Assembly: GCF_963921235.1 (NCBI RefSeq)
Contig: NC_086097.1
Location: 112,222,001-112,286,000, forward strand
Direction of reading: 5' to 3'
DNA: 64,000 nt
DNA from: Mobula hypostoma
Taxonomy: Eukaryota
The position numbers and the translations under genes were made by a program. The notes below the pieces were generated by a model. That model had not been told where the DNA came from. It did no database searches and worked only from the letters and a program-made list of their open reading frames with translations. Below are positions 63,452 through 64,000 of the stretch, one piece after another (within the stretch, counting starts at the first letter, position 1; each line of letters begins with the position of its first letter).

Positions 63452-64000
63452 GGGGTGTTTGGGGTGTCAGGGAGGGGTAGCACCTCTGCTGGGGGAACAT
63501 GTCGCGTCCTTTTCAAGGCGGTTAGTCCACCTTAGGTCCCCACCTGGCACTCATCTCTCACCTGTGGCTCCCCGTAGCTGTTTGTATGCGACAGCGGCCA
63601 CACCCCGGGCGACAGCTTCGACAAGCCGGCTAAACCAGGTGAGGGTTGTCGACGGGTCTCAAACCCTCGGTGAGATAGGGAGTTGTCTATCCCAGCATGT
63701 GAAGACATACTCCGGCGGATTGAGTGGACTAATGGAAGGTCCAACGGTCAAGAAGGCAGTCTCTGCAAGCACCGTGGAATGTGTAGAGCAGGACAAGACA
63801 CAGAAGACGTCCTGGTCATCCACTGCGCCTGGTCCCATCTCCAGCCATCTCGACTCTGTCTTGCCACTGGATCCAGATGGGAATTGGGAAGAGAGAGTGA
63901 GGCTGACGCTGCACAACTCTCCCTCACTTAAATCCAAATCATGCGCTAGTCGCGACACCAGCATAATGGTGTTGAGGTCCTCATCGACGTTGACGATGGA
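63452..64000 (+). mobile_element. GC/CpG-rich non-coding retroposon, probably an RTE/RTE-X 5'-derived element; runs to the window edge
   Basis: Abrupt GC-rich insertion into a CR1 tail with no convincing ORF. Family assignment is from recall only. Confidence 0.45.

Overview
Vertebrate nuclear DNA that is AT-rich and dominated by repeats. The repeat content (V-domain SINEs, CR1 LINEs with an esterase ORF1, Rex1/Babar, Penelope, RTE, HERO, Tc1, Tigger, Gypsy) suggests a cartilaginous fish, probably a ray; this is inferred from recalled families, not from a search. I found no supportable host protein-coding exon, rRNA, tRNA or CRISPR array, so the window looks intronic or intergenic. Almost all listed ORFs are transposon fragments or noise. 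Highlights: (1) a full-length, lightly damaged CR1 LINE (14063-18419, minus) whose ORF1 ends in the -1 slippery heptamer U_UUA_AAC directly before its stop, with the -1 frame continuing into an ORF2 that has no AUG, suggesting a frameshifted esterase-endonuclease-RT fusion; (2) many Penelope terminal repeats carrying minimal hammerhead ribozyme motifs, including a ~750-bp palindrome within an insert bounded by a 17-bp TSD; (3) a nest of Penelope inside Gypsy inside Tigger; (4) a CR1 insertion flanked by a ~370-bp direct duplication; (5) a hammerhead-like motif shared by the 3' UTRs of two HERO elements. Boundaries of decayed repeats are approximate and family names come from motif recognition.
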